Positions 61,738 through 64,000 of a stretch of DNA of 64,000 bases are shown piece after piece. Under the pieces are notes generated by a model. The model was not told the DNA's origin. It saw only the letters and a list, made by a program, of their open reading frames with translations, and did no database searches. Location: assembly GCF_006345805.1 (NCBI RefSeq), contig NC_043014.1:38006001-38070000 (forward strand), read 5' to 3'. This stretch comes from Octopus sinensis (Eukaryota). The translations under genes were made by a program, and so were the position numbers. Position 1 is the first letter of the stretch, and the number at the start of each line of letters is the position of its first letter.

Positions 61738-62196
61738 ATAGATACATATTTTTTACGCTTATGTATTTGTTTTGCAAGATTGCTGATGTGAAATCGTGTG
61801 TTGAAACATATTGTTATATTTCAGGATGGTCTTATTTTTATGTTTTGCCAAATAATCACACACTCTCTACACTCGTTCTTCACATTAGCATATTTTAGTG
61901 TACTTTGTCTGAAATCTTTCCTCACACAACTTGTGACCTCTCCAACGAATTCTCCATCATACATGTCTCCTCCTGTTACACCACAGAAAGACAGAATGAA
62001 CTAAACAGGACGGGGGGTGGGGTGGATACGTATGATGAGTGATGATGGATTTCAGACAAAAGACACTAAAGTAAGATTAATAATAAAGCTGAAGAACGAG
62101 TAGACAGTGCATATGATTATTTGCCAAAAGAAAAAATATGACCATCCCGAAATATAACAATATACATACAAACATACATATATATATATATATATA

Positions 62197-62540
62197 CTGA
62201 AGCTCCGGCGTCTGGCAATGGACTTGGTAAACACCCACAAAGTTATCAACCACCTCACCAACAACAACACTGAACACCTTTTTGATCTCCATGTGTCTAA
62301 CACACGTGGACATGCCTACAAAGTCAGAAAACAACACAGCTCCCATGACTTTCGGAAACATTTTTTCACGCTCAGAGTTGCTGAAGCATGGAACAAACTG
62401 CCTGCGTCAGTTGTTGACTGCCATGACACTGCATCCTTTAAGGCCCTCATGCTTTCCGAAATTCGCCGAAACTACACCTCATTATACATACACTTTAGAT
62501 AAGTTGTAGTGCACCTGAGCACTGTACACAATGTTTATTA
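62197..62540 (+). mobile_element. CR1-clade LINE 3' end
   Basis: TRGHAYKVRKQHSSHDFRKHFFTLRVAEAWNKLPASVV....ASFK. Confidence 0.85.
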
Positions 62541-62558
62541 TATTATTATTTAATAATA

Positions 62559-62598
<40 letters not shown>

Positions 62599-62881
62599 TA
62601 AATTACAGATAAAACCACAATTAGGCAAACAGTGAAAAACATAAACCAAAATATAAAAAATAAATATAATTAATATAATATACAAAATATATAAAATATA
62701 AAATTTAAAATTAAATTATTTAAATTTAAATTTTTTTTATTTAAAATTTTTAATTTATATTTATAAATTTTATATTTTTTATTTTTTAAATTTTAATTTT
62801 ATAAATTTTTAAAATTTTTAATTTTTTAATATTTATATTATTTTTTAATTTTTAATTTTTTATAATATAATAAGTATAATA

Positions 62882-62942
<61 letters not shown>

Positions 62943-62964
62943 CATACACTACACACTCATTAAA

Positions 62965-63327
62965 CTCGATTCCGTCGGTCACGAATGACCATGGGTGCAC
63001 CTAAGAGGTTCCCATCCGGGGTACAATTCTGGGCAGTAAGTCGCCTCACCGGCGCACGCACAACCTAAGGTTGTTTTTATAGAAGATCAGCAGTCACCCA
63101 TGCATGCCAATCACCCCTCTCCACGCCACCGATGTTATCCAAGGGAAAGGCAAAGGCCCATTCAACTTGGCACCGGTGACGTCGCAACTCATTTCTATAG
63201 CTGAGTGAACTGGAGCAACGTGGAATAAAGTGTCTTGCTCAAGAACACAATACGCAGCCCTGTCCGGGAATCGAAATCAACCGCACGATTGTAGGCTCGA
63301 CACTCTAACCACTGAGCCATGCGCCTT
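62965..63327 (-). mobile_element. SINE family A copy (diverged)
   Basis: Homologous to 22083-22417. Confidence 0.8.
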
Positions 63328-63614
63328 CACAACATACATACAAAAATAAATGTGTGTGTGTATATAACAACCACGTGTGTACATAAACAAACTTACATTT
63401 GTTTTTAGAAGAGCCGAATGTGTATCGCACGATACAGACAAGAAAGTGGTATTTTCGAACGCAGTATCGCCGTTAAAACAGCACAAAAACTGGGCGATAT
63501 TACCCTTTCAAGGCGGAAAAAGTATGTATGTATGTGTGTAGATATATGACCGCGTGTGTACTGTTGGCGATTTTTTTTCCTCTGTCTTCCCTTCTCTGGA
63601 TCTTTCCTTCTCCT

Positions 63615-63655
63615 ATGTTTCCGACGAAGAGCTCCGCTCGACGAAAGTTAAACCC
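63615..63655 (+). ncRNA. Decayed minimal hammerhead-like motif in a PLE-type terminal repeat
   Basis: GTTT CCGACGA A GAGC TCC GCTC GACGAAA GTT AAAC: stems I and II intact, core altered. Confidence 0.35.
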
Positions 63656-64000
63656 TCCTTCTTTCCTTCTTTCCTGAGCGTCCAATAATACTATTTGTTC
63701 CACGTCCTCGCGTTGTTGTGTTTTTTTGTGCTTTCATGTTTGGATTAACTATATATATATATATATATATATTAGAAGGTTTGGGGTATTATATATTAGA
63801 AGAAATGAGGTACTCAGAAATCTGGATGGTTTTATATTTACAGATATTTATTGATAGGTCGCATGTTAGCGCTTGCGTCAAACAAGAGCGGTGGATGTAT
63901 AAACAACAAAATTAGGTTGAGTTTTATTTGTGAAATGCAGTTGTTTTGAATTTGCTTCAGAAAGTTTTATTTGTGAAATGCGGTTGTTTTAAATTCGCTT

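Noticed and set aside
22083-63327. tRNA-like heads of SINE families A-D as tRNA genes
   Set aside because: They have only A/B-box similarity, no complete cloverleaf, and continue into shared SINE bodies.

Overview
AT-rich, microsatellite-laden animal genomic DNA; the SINE set, microsatellite load and single-exon SLC17 gene suggest a cephalopod such as Octopus (inference, not proven). The first ~14.9 kb is a homogeneous 69-bp tandem array (~215 monomers) with a ~5.3-kb higher-order duplication. At its right edge it grades into diverged monomers (14881-15761). On the minus strand these read as a frameshifted ORF of 23-aa repeats (ENESQRNARRVDSQQRTAARRAT) resembling STPR DNA-binding repeats, so the satellite appears to be an amplified piece of protein-coding sequence, with an AGA->TGA stop fixed in every homogenised unit. 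The remaining ~48 kb holds one intact intronless SLC17/sialin-like transporter CDS (28239-29672), one tRNA-Leu(UAG), three Penelope-like elements, several minimal hammerhead-ribozyme motifs, R4/Dong, CR1, Tx1 and RTE LINE fragments, four tRNA-derived SINE families, Helitron-type non-autonomous elements, a hAT MITE, long fold-back inverted repeats and many microsatellites. Almost all entries in the ORF track are repeat-derived noise.
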